The position numbers and the translations under genes are program-made. Of a stretch of 64,000 bases of DNA, positions 63,574-64,000 are shown piece after piece. The notes below the pieces were generated by a model. That model saw nothing but the letters and a program-made list of their open reading frames with translations. It made no database searches and was not told the DNA's origin. The stretch is taken from NCBI GenBank assembly GCA_965235115.1, contig OZ249436.1:49354001-49418000 (forward strand), read 5' to 3'. Source of the stretch: Laetmonice hystrix (Eukaryota). How positions within the stretch are numbered: position 1 is the first letter of the stretch; every line of letters starts with the position of its first letter.

Positions 63574-64000
63574 GGCCCTTGGGATCAGTGAGAGGATCAG
63601 ACACAGGTCTGTGCCGTGTCTAGTGGCTACCCAATAAAACACTTTACACGCGCGTTAAGGAGCAAGAGTTCTTGTTTGCTTCACTTCAAAGTGGTGGTGC
63701 GGTGATAGCGGTTTACGTGTCGCTATTGACCTTGTGCTTGATATTCTATTGACTGGAGAGTTTGTACTGCACAGTCAATGGCACCGTGCCAGAGACAGCT
63801 GGGGCATTTACAGCTACCATAACCACTGGTCTCGGAAACAGCAGGAGCATCAGCGCCACAAGCAGTAGGCTTGTCGAGACAATAGCGTTAACAAGCCTCA
63901 CTTGTCATTAGTTTCTCTTGTCTTTTGAACAAAAGGAGGCCACACCTTCCATGCTACTATCATAACCCTGTACCACGTTTGATTAATTGGCATATGTCAT

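Overview
This window is non-coding DNA from a bilaterian animal, most likely an invertebrate, since CpG is not depleted, CTCF motifs are present and a mollusc-type tRNA-SINE remnant occurs. It is either intergenic or part of a very large intron. I find no supportable protein-coding gene, rRNA, intact tRNA or CRISPR array. Nearly all long ORFs are frame artefacts of tandem repeats, and small spliced exons cannot be excluded by eye. About 17 kb (roughly a quarter of the window) consists of 19 mutually unrelated minisatellite arrays with 27-80 bp units, including two long G-quadruplex-prone arrays. The clearest mobile element is a 2,967 bp non-autonomous foldback DNA transposon (57123-60089) with TAG...CTA ends, a GAA target-site duplication and long inverted arms, consistent with Academ. 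Unusually, its interior carries five copies of a tRNA-derived Pol III (A-box/B-box) cassette. Also present are a 153 bp MITE with a 5-bp TSD, a palindromic MITE carrying three CRE sites, a SINE remnant, five exact CTCF consensus matches, homeodomain-site clusters and an NRF1/ETS promoter-like patch. I did not find a convincing new protein-based system. The most interesting signals are the transposon-borne Pol III cassettes, traces of how the minisatellites arise, and the CTCF and regulatory landscape.
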